This document shows, in pieces, positions 1-11,012 of a DNA stretch of 64,000 nucleotides. The position numbers and the translations under genes are program-made. Numbering within the stretch: the first letter of the stretch is position 1; every line of letters starts with the position of its first letter. The stretch is from an uncultured Pelagibacteraceae bacterium (GTDB taxonomy: Bacteria > Pseudomonadota > Alphaproteobacteria > Pelagibacterales > Pelagibacteraceae): the NCBI GenBank assembly GCA_902588965.1, contig CACIRD010000005.1:30899-94898 (forward strand), read 5' to 3'. The notes beneath the pieces were generated by a model, which worked only from the letters and a program-made list of their open reading frames with translations, ran no database searches and had not been told where the DNA came from.

Positions 1-1230
<1,230 letters not shown>

Positions 1231-1237
1231 TTATTTT

Positions 1238-1531
1238 TTATTTTTTACTCGAAATACCCATTATGTCTGACTCTTTCATTATGCTATATTCCTTACCATC
1301 AATCTTAACTTCTGTGCCAGACCATTTTCCAAACAAAACTTTATCACCAACTTTAACATCCATCGGTAAAATTTTTCCATCTTCGGTTTTTGCTCCTCCA
1401 CCCACAGCAACAACTTTTCCTTCTTGTGGTTTTTCTTGGGCCGTATCAGGTATAATAATTCCGCCAGCCGTTTTCTCGCTACTATCTAAAACTTCAATAA
1501 GCACTCTGTCGTGCAAAGGTTTAAATTTCAT
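1238..1531 (-). CDS. groES: Co-chaperonin GroES (Cpn10)
   Basis: 97-aa [47 protein letters not shown]... is a typical Cpn10 sequence. It sits immediately upstream of groEL. An AAAGGAG Shine-Dalgarno lies just upstream of the ATG. Confidence 0.95.
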   Translation of the reverse strand: MKFKPLHDRVLIEVLDSSEKTAGGIIIPDTAQEKPQEGKVVAVGGGAKTEDGKILPMDVKVGDKVLFGKWSGTEVKIDGKEYSIMKESDIMGISSKK

Positions 1532-1557
1532 ATAAAACTCCTTTAAATATGAGGTTC

Positions 1558-1586
1558 ATATAAAGGCAGAAACTGATTATTTCAAG
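1558..1586 (-). promoter_or_regulatory. Candidate RpoH (sigma-32)-type heat-shock promoter for groESL
   Basis: On the minus strand the sequence reads CTTGAA-(14 nt)-CCTTTATAT, ending 27 nt before the groES ATG. This resembles the sigma-32 consensus CTTGAA-N13-15-CCCCATNT. No CIRCE inverted repeat is visible in the 97-bp gap. Confidence 0.4.
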
Positions 1587-1646
1587 ATACTTGGTAAAAT
1601 TTATAAACGTCAAAAAAACAAAGAAATATTGAGATTTTTAAGTTAT

Positions 1647-2471
1647 ATGTCCATGATGACCATTAATTTAGACAACAAAGGACTTAAATCTGTTGTAGAT
1701 GAGTTTGACATTTTTTTTATTGACATCTGGGGCGTGCTACATGATGGAATAAATTTATTTGATGATGCAGTTAATGTAATTAACAAACTTGAAAAAAAAA
1801 ATAAAAAATATGTTTTGTTAACCAATGCCCCAAGGCCTAATAAATCAGTAATAAGTTTTTTGGAAAAAATGGGATTGGATAGTGAAAAATGTAAAAATGT
1901 TTATACCTCGGGTCAAGCAGCTCTTAATTATTTAAATGACAATTGTAAGGATTTAAAATTTTATCATATTGGACCTTTTAGAGATTTTGATCTCTTTAAA
2001 TTATTTGAAAAAAACAAAGTAGACAATATTGAACAATCTGATTTTTTGCTGTGTACCGGATTATTTGAAGATCGCGAAGACTCATTAGATTATTATAAAA
2101 AATTATTTAAAAATAAAATAAATAAAAAAATGATTTGTACCAATCCTGATTTAATTGTTGACAGAGGTCATCAAAGAGAGTTTTGTGCAGGATCGATTGC
2201 TAAAATATTTCAAGATCTTGGTGGTAAAGTAGATTATTTTGGTAAGCCTTATCCCTTGGTTTACAATCAATCTATTGATTTAAAGAATAAAAAAATTTTA
2301 TGTATAGGAGATAATTTAAATACAGATATAAGAGGTGCAAATAATCAAAATTTTAATTCTTTATTGATATCAAGTGGTATTCATAAAAAAGAAATAAAGA
2401 GTAATTTAAATAAATTATTAGATAGGTATAATGTTGAAGTTGATTATATTCAGTCAAAATTAAAATGGTAA
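1647..2471 (+). CDS. HAD-superfamily hydrolase, subfamily IIA (TIGR01459-like)
   Basis: Motifs DIWGVLHDG (motif I), LLTNAPR, GKPYP and GDNLNTDIRGA (motif IV) are present. The ORF-track start at 1629 is TTG and the first ATG is at 1647. Confidence 0.75.
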   Translation: MSMMTINLDNKGLKSVVDEFDIFFIDIWGVLHDGINLFDDAVNVINKLEKKNKKYVLLTNAPRPNKSVISFLEKMGLDSEKCKNVYTSGQAALNYLNDNCKDLKFYHIGPFRDFDLFKLFEKNKVDNIEQSDFLLCTGLFEDREDSLDYYKKLFKNKINKKMICTNPDLIVDRGHQREFCAGSIAKIFQDLGGKVDYFGKPYPLVYNQSIDLKNKKILCIGDNLNTDIRGANNQNFNSLLISSGIHKKEIKSNLNKLLDRYNVEVDYIQSKLKW

Positions 2472-3391
2472 AAATAACTAGTTACAAAAACTTTAATATA
2501 AAAAAAGTTCATAGGGGATCTATACTTCTGATCGGTAATTTTGACGGAATGCATTTAGGTCACCAAAAATTATTTAAAAAAGCACAAATCTATAAACGGA
2601 AACTTAAACTTAAAATTGGAGTAATAACCTTTGACCCTATTCCTAAAATGTTTTTTAATAAAAAAATTAAAAATTATAGAATCTCTAATTTTGATCAAAA
2701 AATTGAACTATTTAAAAATTTTAAGGTCGATTTTGTAATAAATAAAAATTTTAACAAAAAATTCTCTAAAATTAATTGTAATGATTTTATAAAAAAAGTA
2801 ATTTTTAAAAAACTTTCCGCCAAATTTATTTTTGTTAGTAACAATTTTAGATTTGGTAATAAAAGAGAAGGAAATGTTAAACTACTTAAAAATCTAGAAA
2901 AAAAATATAGATATAAAATAATTAATCCCTCACCGCTTAAAAAAAATAAAAAAATTATTTCGTCATCTGTAATAAGAAAACTTTTGGAAAAAGGAAAACT
3001 TGAAAGAGCTAATAGATTTTTAAATAGAAAATGGTCTATAGAGGGGATTGTTAAGAAGGGAAGAATGATTGGAAAAAAAATAGGTTATCCAACATGTAAT
3101 ATCGATATTGGAAATTATGTGATTGCAAAACCTGGCGTATATGCTGTTAGTTTAAACATTGAAAATAGTAAGAAAAAATTAAAAGGTATTGCAAATTTGG
3201 GTTATAGGCCTACTTTTAATGAAAAAAAAATTCTTTTAGAAGTAAATATATTTAATTTTTCAAAAAATCTTTATAATAAAAAAATAACTGTAAATTTTAC
3301 AAAATTTATAAGAAGTGAAAAAAAATTTAATGGAGTTGATCAACTTAGGAAACAAATTAAGTTAGATTTAATTAAAGCAAAAAAGTTATAA
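2465..3391 (+). CDS. ribF: Bifunctional riboflavin kinase / FMN adenylyltransferase
   Basis: The N-terminal nucleotidyltransferase motif GNFDGMHLGHQKLF is followed by a C-terminal riboflavin kinase region (GYPTCNI, LEVNIFNF). The gene overlaps the upstream gene by 7 nt. Confidence 0.9.
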   Translation: MVKITSYKNFNIKKVHRGSILLIGNFDGMHLGHQKLFKKAQIYKRKLKLKIGVITFDPIPKMFFNKKIKNYRISNFDQKIELFKNFKVDFVINKNFNKKFSKINCNDFIKKVIFKKLSAKFIFVSNNFRFGNKREGNVKLLKNLEKKYRYKIINPSPLKKNKKIISSSVIRKLLEKGKLERANRFLNRKWSIEGIVKKGRMIGKKIGYPTCNIDIGNYVIAKPGVYAVSLNIENSKKKLKGIANLGYRPTFNEKKILLEVNIFNFSKNLYNKKITVNFTKFIRSEKKFNGVDQLRKQIKLDLIKAKKL

Positions 3392-3395
3392 TTTT

Positions 3396-6128
3396 ATGAG
3401 CAAAGAACATATTAATCTTCCAAAAACTGCATTTTTAATGAAAGCTAATCTTCCTACAAGGGAGCCTGAACTAGTTGAATACTGGGATAAGATTAATTTA
3501 TACAAAAAATTAAGAACTGAAAAAAAGGGAAATAAAAAATTCGTTCTTCATGACGGCCCGCCATATGCTAATGGGAATATACATATGGGTACAGCGCTTA
3601 ATAAAATATTGAAAGATATTGTCACAAAATTTCACCAAATGAACGGAGAGGATTCCGTTTATGTACCAGGTTGGGACTGCCACGGTTTACCAATTGAGTG
3701 GAAAATAGAGGAACAGTATAAAAAAAATAAAAAAAATAAAAAAGAAGTTCCAATAAATGAATTTAGAAAAGAGTGTAGAGACTTTGCCAAAAAATGGATT
3801 GAGGTACATAAGACACAATTTAAGAGGCTAGGCGTAATAGGTGACTGGGATAATTACTATTCAACAATGAGTTTTGATGCCGAGGCACAAATTGTGAGGG
3901 AACTTGGAAAATTTTTAAAAGAAGGTAGTCTTTACAGAGGTTACAAACCAGTTCTTTGGTCAACAGTAGAAAAAACTGCATTGGCCGATGCAGAGGTTGA
4001 ATACATGGACCACAAGTCTGATACGATTTATGCTGCCTTTAATGTAAAAAAATCACAAAATAAAAATCTTGTTAATAAAGAAATTATAATTTGGACAACA
4101 ACCCCATGGACAATTCCAGCAAATAGAGCTTTAGCGTACAATCCAAATTTAAAGTATTCAATTATAAAAATAGAGGACGAAACAGATTTTAAAAACAAAA
4201 ATATTGTTCTTGCAGATGATTTGCTTAAATCTTTAATTGAAGAATGTAATATTAAAAAATTTAGCAAAGTTGATACTTTTTTAGGAAAGGATTTTAATGG
4301 CACTATATGTGAGCATCCGTTTTCAAGTATTGGATTTGACTATGAAATACCAATGTTAGAAGCAAACTTCGTGACTATCGAACAAGGTTCTGGCATTGTA
4401 CACTGCGCTCCTAGCCATGGACCTGATGATTTTAATTTATGTTTAAAGAATAAAATTAAAGCCGAGGAAACAGTTGATGACGATGGTAAATATACAAAGC
4501 ATGTACCAGTATTTGAGGGAATACATATTTTTAAAGCAAATAAAATAGTTATAGAAAAATTAAAAGAACATAAAAAGTTACTATCTAACGGTGAATTAAT
4601 TCACTCTTATCCACATTCTTGGCGATCTAAAGCACCTCTAGTTCATAGAGCAACGCCACAATGGTTTATTTCAATGGAGAGTCATGGATTAAGGGCTAAG
4701 GCTTTAAAATCTATTGATGAAACAAGTTTTTTTCCAAATAAAGGAAAAGAAAGATTAAGATCAATGATCGAACTAAGACCAGACTGGTGTGTCTCTAGAC
4801 AAAGAGTGTGGGGAGTACCAATTCCAGTATTTTTATCAAAAAAAACAAATCAAGTTTTAATTGATGAAGAGGTAACAGAAAATATTGCTAAAATATTTGA
4901 AAAGGAGGGAGCCGACTGTTGGTTTGAGGGAGATACGCAAAAATTCTTGGGAAAAAAATATAAAAGTGAGGACTACATAAAAATGACAGATATAGTTGAG
5001 GTTTGGTTTGATAGTGGATCTACTCATGCTTATGTTCTCGAAAAAAGAGAAGATCTAAAATGGCCAGCATCTATGTATCTAGAAGGTTCTGACCAACATA
5101 GAGGGTGGTTTCATTCATCCTTACTTGAGTCGTGCGGAACGAGAGGAAGAGCTCCGTTCGATTCAATTCTGTCTCATGGTTTTGTTGTTGATGGCAAAGG
5201 TCTAAAAATGTCAAAGTCAATGGGAAATGTTATTTCGCCTGATGAAATACTTAAAAAGTACGGAGCAGATATTCTGAGAATTTGGGTTGCATCTTCTGAT
5301 TATGCAGAAGATCTTCGAATTGATTATTCAATTTTAGAACAACATGCTGAAGCTTATAGAAAAATAAGAAATACATTTAGATATTTAATGGGAAACTTAA
5401 ATGATAATTTTTCTAATATTGATTTAAACAAAATTAAAATTGATGATTTGCCAGAGCTAGAACAATATATGCTACATAAAATATCTGTATTAAACGATAA
5501 TTTCAAAAAAAACTTTAAGATATACAACTTCCACAACATGTATAAGGATTTACTAAATTTTTGTACTGTAGATTTATCATCATTTTATTTTGATATAAGA
5601 AAAGATACACTTTATTGTGATGAAAAAAATTCTAAAAAAAGATTAAATTGTATTTTAATTCTAAACGTTATTCTAGATTGCTTGTTAAAGTGGTTCGCTC
5701 CAATTTTATCATTTACAACTGAAGAAATTTTTAAATTACTAAACAAAAATGCCAATAGCAGTATTCATTTAAAAGAATTTCCTGAAATACCTGAAAATTG
5801 GAAAAACCAAACTATTGATAAAAATTGGATTAAATTAATAACAATAAGAAATTTTGTTAATTCAAGTATAGAAACTTTAAGATCAAAAAAAATAATTGGT
5901 TCTAGTCTAGAAGCAAATGTTAAAATAAATTTAAATAAAAATTACTTCAGTTTGGCAAAAAACTACAATTTTTCCGAGATTTGTATTACTTCTCATGCTG
6001 AAGTTAAATTAGATGAAAAATCTTCAGAGGAAATTAATGTAGAGGCTTTAAAAGCCGAAGGTGAAAAATGTAAAATATGTTGGAAAATATCAAAAGATAA
6101 ATGTGAGAGGCACGGACATTTAAAATAA
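3396..6128 (+). CDS. ileS: Isoleucyl-tRNA synthetase
   Basis: 910 aa with HIGH-type PPYANGNIHMGTALNK, KMSKS (KMSKSMGN) and a C-terminal Cys/His knuckle CKICW..CERHGH. Confidence 0.97.
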   Translation: MSKEHINLPKTAFLMKANLPTREPELVEYWDKINLYKKLRTEKKGNKKFVLHDGPPYANGNIHMGTALNKILKDIVTKFHQMNGEDSVYVPGWDCHGLPIEWKIEEQYKKNKKNKKEVPINEFRKECRDFAKKWIEVHKTQFKRLGVIGDWDNYYSTMSFDAEAQIVRELGKFLKEGSLYRGYKPVLWSTVEKTALADAEVEYMDHKSDTIYAAFNVKKSQNKNLVNKEIIIWTTTPWTIPANRALAYNPNLKYSIIKIEDETDFKNKNIVLADDLLKSLIEECNIKKFSKVDTFLGKDFNGTICEHPFSSIGFDYEIPMLEANFVTIEQGSGIVHCAPSHGPDDFNLCLKNKIKAEETVDDDGKYTKHVPVFEGIHIFKANKIVIEKLKEHKKLLSNGELIHSYPHSWRSKAPLVHRATPQWFISMESHGLRAKALKSIDETSFFPNKGKERLRSMIELRPDWCVSRQRVWGVPIPVFLSKKTNQVLIDEEVTENIAKIFEKEGADCWFEGDTQKFLGKKYKSEDYIKMTDIVEVWFDSGSTHAYVLEKREDLKWPASMYLEGSDQHRGWFHSSLLESCGTRGRAPFDSILSHGFVVDGKGLKMSKSMGNVISPDEILKKYGADILRIWVASSDYAEDLRIDYSILEQHAEAYRKIRNTFRYLMGNLNDNFSNIDLNKIKIDDLPELEQYMLHKISVLNDNFKKNFKIYNFHNMYKDLLNFCTVDLSSFYFDIRKDTLYCDEKNSKKRLNCILILNVILDCLLKWFAPILSFTTEEIFKLLNKNANSSIHLKEFPEIPENWKNQTIDKNWIKLITIRNFVNSSIETLRSKKIIGSSLEANVKINLNKNYFSLAKNYNFSEICITSHAEVKLDEKSSEEINVEALKAEGEKCKICWKISKDKCERHGHLK

Positions 6129-6626
6129 ATGAAAGCAATATCTTTAAAGAAAATTTTAATTTATTTTCTACTTATTATTGTAATTTTTTTTTTAGACAGA
6201 ATATCAAAATATCATATTTTAAATATTGCTGAGAGAGACGGTTTAGTAGATATTTTTATTAATAACTATTTAAATATTATTTTAGTTTGGAATAGTGGAA
6301 TTGGGTTTGGTTTATTATCATTCGAAAATGACTTTATATATAATTTAATTACTTCGCTAATAGTTATAATAAATATAATCATTTGTTATTTTGTAGTTAC
6401 TTCAAAAGATCTAAGAGGTTATTTTTTTGCTATGATTTTAGGAGGTTCATTAGGAAACTTATTTGATAGATTATATTACTCTGCTGTTCCAGATTTTATC
6501 GATTTAAACTATAATAATATTCATTGGTTTGTTTTTAACATTGCTGATATATTTATTACTATAGGAATATTTTGCCTTATTTTTGTTGAATTATTTTACG
6601 ATAAGAAAAAATTACAAAATGAATAA
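6129..6626 (+). CDS. lspA: Lipoprotein signal peptidase (signal peptidase II)
   Basis: 165-aa four-TM protein with GGSLGNLFDR and FNIADIFITIG motifs. It follows ileS directly, which is the classic ileS-lspA linkage. Confidence 0.9.
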   Translation: MKAISLKKILIYFLLIIVIFFLDRISKYHILNIAERDGLVDIFINNYLNIILVWNSGIGFGLLSFENDFIYNLITSLIVIINIIICYFVVTSKDLRGYFFAMILGGSLGNLFDRLYYSAVPDFIDLNYNNIHWFVFNIADIFITIGIFCLIFVELFYDKKKLQNE

Positions 6627-6945
6627 AATAAATTTTAAATTACTAGTTTTATTAATACTCATAACATCGTGCCAATCTGTAAAAGATGGTTTAACTGGAG
6701 CAAAGCGAGAGAATAGTGATGAATTTTTAATTGAAAAAAAAAATCCTCTTGAACTACCACCACAATATGGAGAGTTACCAGTTCCAAAAAAAAAAGTAAG
6801 TGAAGATAGTGAAGAAATATCTGAAAAAATAGACGAAGATATAGAGAAATTATTTGAAAATGAGGACTCAGAAAACACTTCTAATATATCAAATTCAACG
6901 GATAAATCTGTAGAGGATTTTGTTTTGAAGCAAATTAAAAAATAA
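6619..6945 (+). CDS. Small lipoprotein, DUF3035-like
   Basis: From the ATG at 6619 the protein reads MNKINFKLLVLLILITSCQS (signal peptide plus lipobox). DEFLIEKKNPLELPPQY resembles the DUF3035 core. The ORF-track start at 6583 is probably too far upstream. Confidence 0.65.
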   Translation: MNKINFKLLVLLILITSCQSVKDGLTGAKRENSDEFLIEKKNPLELPPQYGELPVPKKKVSEDSEEISEKIDEDIEKLFENEDSENTSNISNSTDKSVEDFVLKQIKK

Positions 6946-8109
6946 TTGATGTTAACGAAAAATATAACTTTAAAAAAGTTTGGTGTTAAGAATAATTTTT
7001 CAAGTAATAGAAAAAAAATTAAAGTGATATTAAAAAACTTATCAAGTAGTCAATTTTTCAATAGTTTAACAAATCAATATAAATATAGTTTTGATAAAAA
7101 TAAAATTCAAAAATATAAAAAATTTTCAAATTTTAGTATAATTGGTATTGGTGGTTCTGCTTTAGGAATAAAGGCTATATATAATTTTTTAAAGTTTAAA
7201 ATTAAAAAAAATTTTACTTTTTTTGATAATTTAGTTTTATCAAAGAAAAACTATAAACCAAAGAAAAATCTTAACATTGTTATTTCGAAGTCTGGAAATA
7301 CTTTAGAAACAATCTCAAATTTTTATACATTACAAAATAAAAAAAACAGTATTTTTATTTGTGAGAAATCGAATAATTACCTACGAAATCTCGCCAACAA
7401 ACTTAAGTGTGAAATAATAGATCATAGGAATTATATTGGCGGAAGATACTCAGTATTATCTGAAGTAGGTATGCTGCCATCTATTTTAATGGGATTGAAT
7501 GAGAAAAAATTTAAGAATTATAATAACCTTGTTAAAAATAAAGTTTTTATAAATGGGTTAGTCGATAGCGTTTTTTCTACAATTTTTTATATCAAGAAGA
7601 AAAAGCTAAATTCAATAATTTTAAATTATGATGAGAGTTCTGATGATTTATTTAGGTGGTACCAGCAATTAATAGCCGAAAGTCTTGGAAAAAAATCCAA
7701 AGGTTTATTACCTTTTATTTCTTTAATGCCAAGAGATAATCATAGTTTAATGCAATTCTATCTTGATGGACCAAAAAATAGTTTTTATACTTTTTATGAT
7801 GTAGTAGAAAAAAGTAAAAAAAAAATTAATTTTTCACAAGTATTAAAATCCTACGATTATATTAAAAATAAGAGTCTATCTGAAATTAAAATAGCGCAAA
7901 AGAATGCAACAATGACAGTTTTTGAAAAAAAACAAATTCCATTTAGAAATTTTAATATACTTAATAGATCTGAGAAATCTTTAGGTGAAATTTTTACATT
8001 TTTTATGCTTGAAACAATATTGCTTGGGAAATTTTTAAATGTTAATCCTTTTGACCAGCCTTCAGTAGAATTAATAAAAAAAGAAACTAGAAAAGTTTTA
8101 AGTAATTAG
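6946..8109 (+). CDS. pgi: Glucose-6-phosphate isomerase, short form
   Basis: SIS/PGI motifs IGIGGSALG, ISKSGNTLET, GGRYSVLSEVG, QQLIAESLGK and NPFDQPSVE are present. Position 6946 is TTG and an ATG follows at 6949. Confidence 0.75.
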   Translation: MMLTKNITLKKFGVKNNFSSNRKKIKVILKNLSSSQFFNSLTNQYKYSFDKNKIQKYKKFSNFSIIGIGGSALGIKAIYNFLKFKIKKNFTFFDNLVLSKKNYKPKKNLNIVISKSGNTLETISNFYTLQNKKNSIFICEKSNNYLRNLANKLKCEIIDHRNYIGGRYSVLSEVGMLPSILMGLNEKKFKNYNNLVKNKVFINGLVDSVFSTIFYIKKKKLNSIILNYDESSDDLFRWYQQLIAESLGKKSKGLLPFISLMPRDNHSLMQFYLDGPKNSFYTFYDVVEKSKKKINFSQVLKSYDYIKNKSLSEIKIAQKNATMTVFEKKQIPFRNFNILNRSEKSLGEIFTFFMLETILLGKFLNVNPFDQPSVELIKKETRKVLSN

Positions 8110-8669
8110 TAATTTCCAAATATTATTTTTGATAAACCATATTTTTTACTTATTATAATTTTGAACTTTTCTGTAAAAACATCTTTGTTTTTTTTACTTC
8201 TATGTAAAATAATTATTCCATTTTTCGTTAATAACTTTTTGTCTATTAAAATTTCCAATAAACTGTTAATTTCTTTTTCTAGAAATGGAGGGTCGAGAAA
8301 AATAATTTCAAAACTATTTTCCAAAAATTCATGTTTTTTTAATATATCAAATACATTTTTTTTTAATATTTCTGCCTTTTCGTTGCAATTTAAAATATCT
8401 ATATTTTTTTTAAGAACATTAATAGCTGGAATATAATTTTCAAAAAAAAAAACTTTTTTAGCTCCCCTAGATATACATTCTAGACCAAAAGATCCTGTGC
8501 CTGAAAATAAATCTAAAACTTTAGAGTTTTTAATATTTATTTTTATAAATTTTGAATGTTCAATGATATTAAAAATTGATTCTTTTACCAAATCTTTCAA
8601 AGGTCTAGTTGACTTATCTTTTGGTTGAAATATTTTTTTATTTTTAAATTGACCAGAAATAATTCTCAT
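8106..8669 (-). CDS. rsmD: 16S rRNA (guanine966-N2)-methyltransferase
   Basis: RIISGQFKNKKI, DLFSGTGSFGLECISRGA (SAM motif) and LDPPF are present. Confidence 0.85.
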   Translation of the reverse strand: MRIISGQFKNKKIFQPKDKSTRPLKDLVKESIFNIIEHSKFIKINIKNSKVLDLFSGTGSFGLECISRGAKKVFFFENYIPAINVLKKNIDILNCNEKAEILKKNVFDILKKHEFLENSFEIIFLDPPFLEKEINSLLEILIDKKLLTKNGIIILHRSKKNKDVFTEKFKIIISKKYGLSKIIFGNY

Positions 8670-9928
8670 TTAATAACTTTAAAACCTATATCTTTTCTAA
8701 AAAAACCTTTAGACCAATCTATTTTTTTAATGATATCTAAAGCTTGATTTTTACATTTTTTAAAATCATCCGACAAAGTGACTATATTTAAAACCCTACC
8801 TCCAACCGCTGTAAATTTATTTTCATGAAATTTTGTTCCAGCGTGAAACATGAATTGATTATGAGTTAGTTTTATTTTTTCAAGATTTTCAATTATTACA
8901 TTTTTTTCGTATTTATCTGGATACCCCTTAGAACATAAAACGAAGCATAAGCTTTTTTTAGTAGACCATTCAATTTTTACAGTTGATAACTTTTTTTCAC
9001 AACATGAAATAATTATTTCTCCGAGGTCTGAATTTATTAAAGGTAAAATTGTTTGACATTCTGGATCTCCCATTCTGACATTAAATTCTATTAAAAACGG
9101 TTCATCACTTACTATCATTAGTCCGACATACAAAAATCCGATATATTTAGAATTTAATTTTTTTAGCCCATTAAGTGTAGGTTTAATTATTTTTTCATTT
9201 ATTTTTTTATCCAAGCTTTCATTGATTAGTCTAGATGGTGTGTACGCTCCCATACCACCTGTGTTCTTTCCAGTATCTCCTTCACCAACTCTTTTGTGGT
9301 CTTGTGCTGTTTGAAAATTTTTATATGTTTCACCATCACTTATTATAAAATAGCTCATTTCTTCACCTTTCAGAAATTCTTCAACTAATACACAGTCAGC
9401 TTTTCCAAATCGTCCATCAAAGATTTCATTAACAGCTTCATGAGATTCTTTTTTTGAATTACAAATGTAAACCCCTTTTCCTGCCGCTAAGCCATCAGCT
9501 TTAATAACAATTGGATAATTTGAATTTGATAAAAAATTTATTGCTTTTTCTCTATCTGTAAAAATTTCAAATTTTGATGTTGGTATATTATATTTTTTAC
9601 ACAATTTTTTTGTGAATATTTTTGAACCTTCTAATTGAGATGCGATTTTATCTGGTCCAAATATTTTTATATCTGTATTTTTAAAGTAATCTACTATTCC
9701 ATTAACTAATGGCTGTTCAGGCCCAACTACTATTAAGTCAATTTTTTTTTCTATTGATATTTTTTTAATATTTTCAAAGTTGTTTACGTCTATATCTATA
9801 TTCTTAGCAATTAAGTTTGTGCCTGCATTTCCAGGAAAGCAGTATATTTTATCAATAATTTTTGACTGTTGAAGTTTAAAACATAGAGCATGTTCTCTAC
9901 CTCCACTTCCAATAATTCCAATGTTCAT
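8666..9928 (-). CDS. purD: Phosphoribosylamine--glycine ligase
   Basis: MNIGIIGSGGREHAL, an ATP-grasp region GLAAGKGV and EFNVRMGDPE; 420 aa. Confidence 0.95.
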   Translation of the reverse strand: MNIGIIGSGGREHALCFKLQQSKIIDKIYCFPGNAGTNLIAKNIDIDVNNFENIKKISIEKKIDLIVVGPEQPLVNGIVDYFKNTDIKIFGPDKIASQLEGSKIFTKKLCKKYNIPTSKFEIFTDREKAINFLSNSNYPIVIKADGLAAGKGVYICNSKKESHEAVNEIFDGRFGKADCVLVEEFLKGEEMSYFIISDGETYKNFQTAQDHKRVGEGDTGKNTGGMGAYTPSRLINESLDKKINEKIIKPTLNGLKKLNSKYIGFLYVGLMIVSDEPFLIEFNVRMGDPECQTILPLINSDLGEIIISCCEKKLSTVKIEWSTKKSLCFVLCSKGYPDKYEKNVIIENLEKIKLTHNQFMFHAGTKFHENKFTAVGGRVLNIVTLSDDFKKCKNQALDIIKKIDWSKGFFRKDIGFKVIK

Positions 9929-9952
9929 ATATACATTTTATATATCTTAATA

Positions 9953-10147
9953 ATGAAAAATAAATTAGCTAAATTAAAATATTTACCCAATAATTTTGAA
10001 ATTATTGAAAATGGTGATTATGTAATTTGCGCAGTTTCGGGCAAGGAAATACCCCTTGAAAAACTTCATTATTGGAATGTTAATCTTCAAGAACCGTATT
10101 ATTCTTATGTAGAAGCTTCTTTGAAGAGAGATAAAGAAAACAATTAA
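9953..10147 (+). CDS. Small conserved protein, DUF2093-like
   Basis: From the ATG at 9953 the protein reads MKNKLAKLKYLPNNFEIIENGDYVICAVSGKEIPLEKLHYWNVNLQEPYYS, a pattern I recognise as the alphaproteobacterial DUF2093 family. The longer ORF-track start at 9890 overlaps the purD start. Confidence 0.55.
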   Translation: MKNKLAKLKYLPNNFEIIENGDYVICAVSGKEIPLEKLHYWNVNLQEPYYSYVEASLKRDKENN

Positions 10148-10148
10148 T

Positions 10149-11012
10149 TTATAATTTCCATCTGTTATGCGTCCAAATCCACTGATCTGGATTTTTTGCA
10201 ATCATTTTTTCTAAGCATTTATTTAAGTGCAAGGTAATAGATTCTATACTTTCATGTGAGTCAAAATAAATAGGTTTATCGACTGTCATTTCAAAATTTA
10301 TTTTATCTTTTCTCTCAATATAGACATTTACAACTGGGCAGTTAAATTTTTTAATAAGTTGGGCTGGAATAGTCGTAGTGTAAGCTTCTTTATTAAAAAA
10401 TTTACTTTCAATACCTTCCGTTACTCTTTGGTCAATCATTAATGCAATTGATATATTTTCTTTGAAGAATTTTAATATTTCTTTTACACCTGAAATTCCT
10501 TTTTTAACTTGATTTTTACAAATATAATTTTTTCTTATTTTTTCCATAGTTTTATTTAAAAAAAAGTTATTAAGAGGCCTGTATATTGCTGCAAGGTTTA
10601 CCCCAGACTTTTCAATTTGCATCGCCATTAATTCGAAATTACTAAAGTGACCTGACACGAATATCACGGGTTTGTTTTTTTTTTTTATATCAATTAGATT
10701 TTCAATACCTGATATTTGGATATGTTTACTAAGAATTTCTGATCTAAAATCTTTTAAAAAAATGTATTCAGCAAAAATTCTTCCATAGTTTTCCCACATT
10801 TTCTTACTGATTTTATCAATTGTAATATCATCTATATTTTTTGAAAAATTTTTTAAGTTACTTTTAATTATTTTTTTTGATTTTAGAAAAGGCCCTATTG
10901 ATAAACCTATAAAAGCACCAAAATTTGATGCATTTTTGTATCCTAGAATTTTAAAAATATAAAAAAAAATTTTAATCAATATATACTGAAAAAAATACTT
11001 TAATGTTTTCAT
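10149..11012 (-). CDS. lpxL: Lipid A biosynthesis (lauroyl/late) acyltransferase, LpxL/HtrB family
   Basis: N-terminal TM, VSGHFSNFEL acyltransferase motif and a C-terminal WIWTHNRWK. It is the last gene of the lipid A operon. Confidence 0.8.
   Translation of the reverse strand: MKTLKYFFQYILIKIFFYIFKILGYKNASNFGAFIGLSIGPFLKSKKIIKSNLKNFSKNIDDITIDKISKKMWENYGRIFAEYIFLKDFRSEILSKHIQISGIENLIDIKKKNKPVIFVSGHFSNFELMAMQIEKSGVNLAAIYRPLNNFFLNKTMEKIRKNYICKNQVKKGISGVKEILKFFKENISIALMIDQRVTEGIESKFFNKEAYTTTIPAQLIKKFNCPVVNVYIERKDKINFEMTVDKPIYFDSHESIESITLHLNKCLEKMIAKNPDQWIWTHNRWKL

Noticed and set aside
1263-1535. Plus-strand ORFs antisense to groES (1263-1535) and groEL (637-819).
   Set aside because: They are mirror-frame ORFs within highly conserved chaperonin genes and have no independent support.
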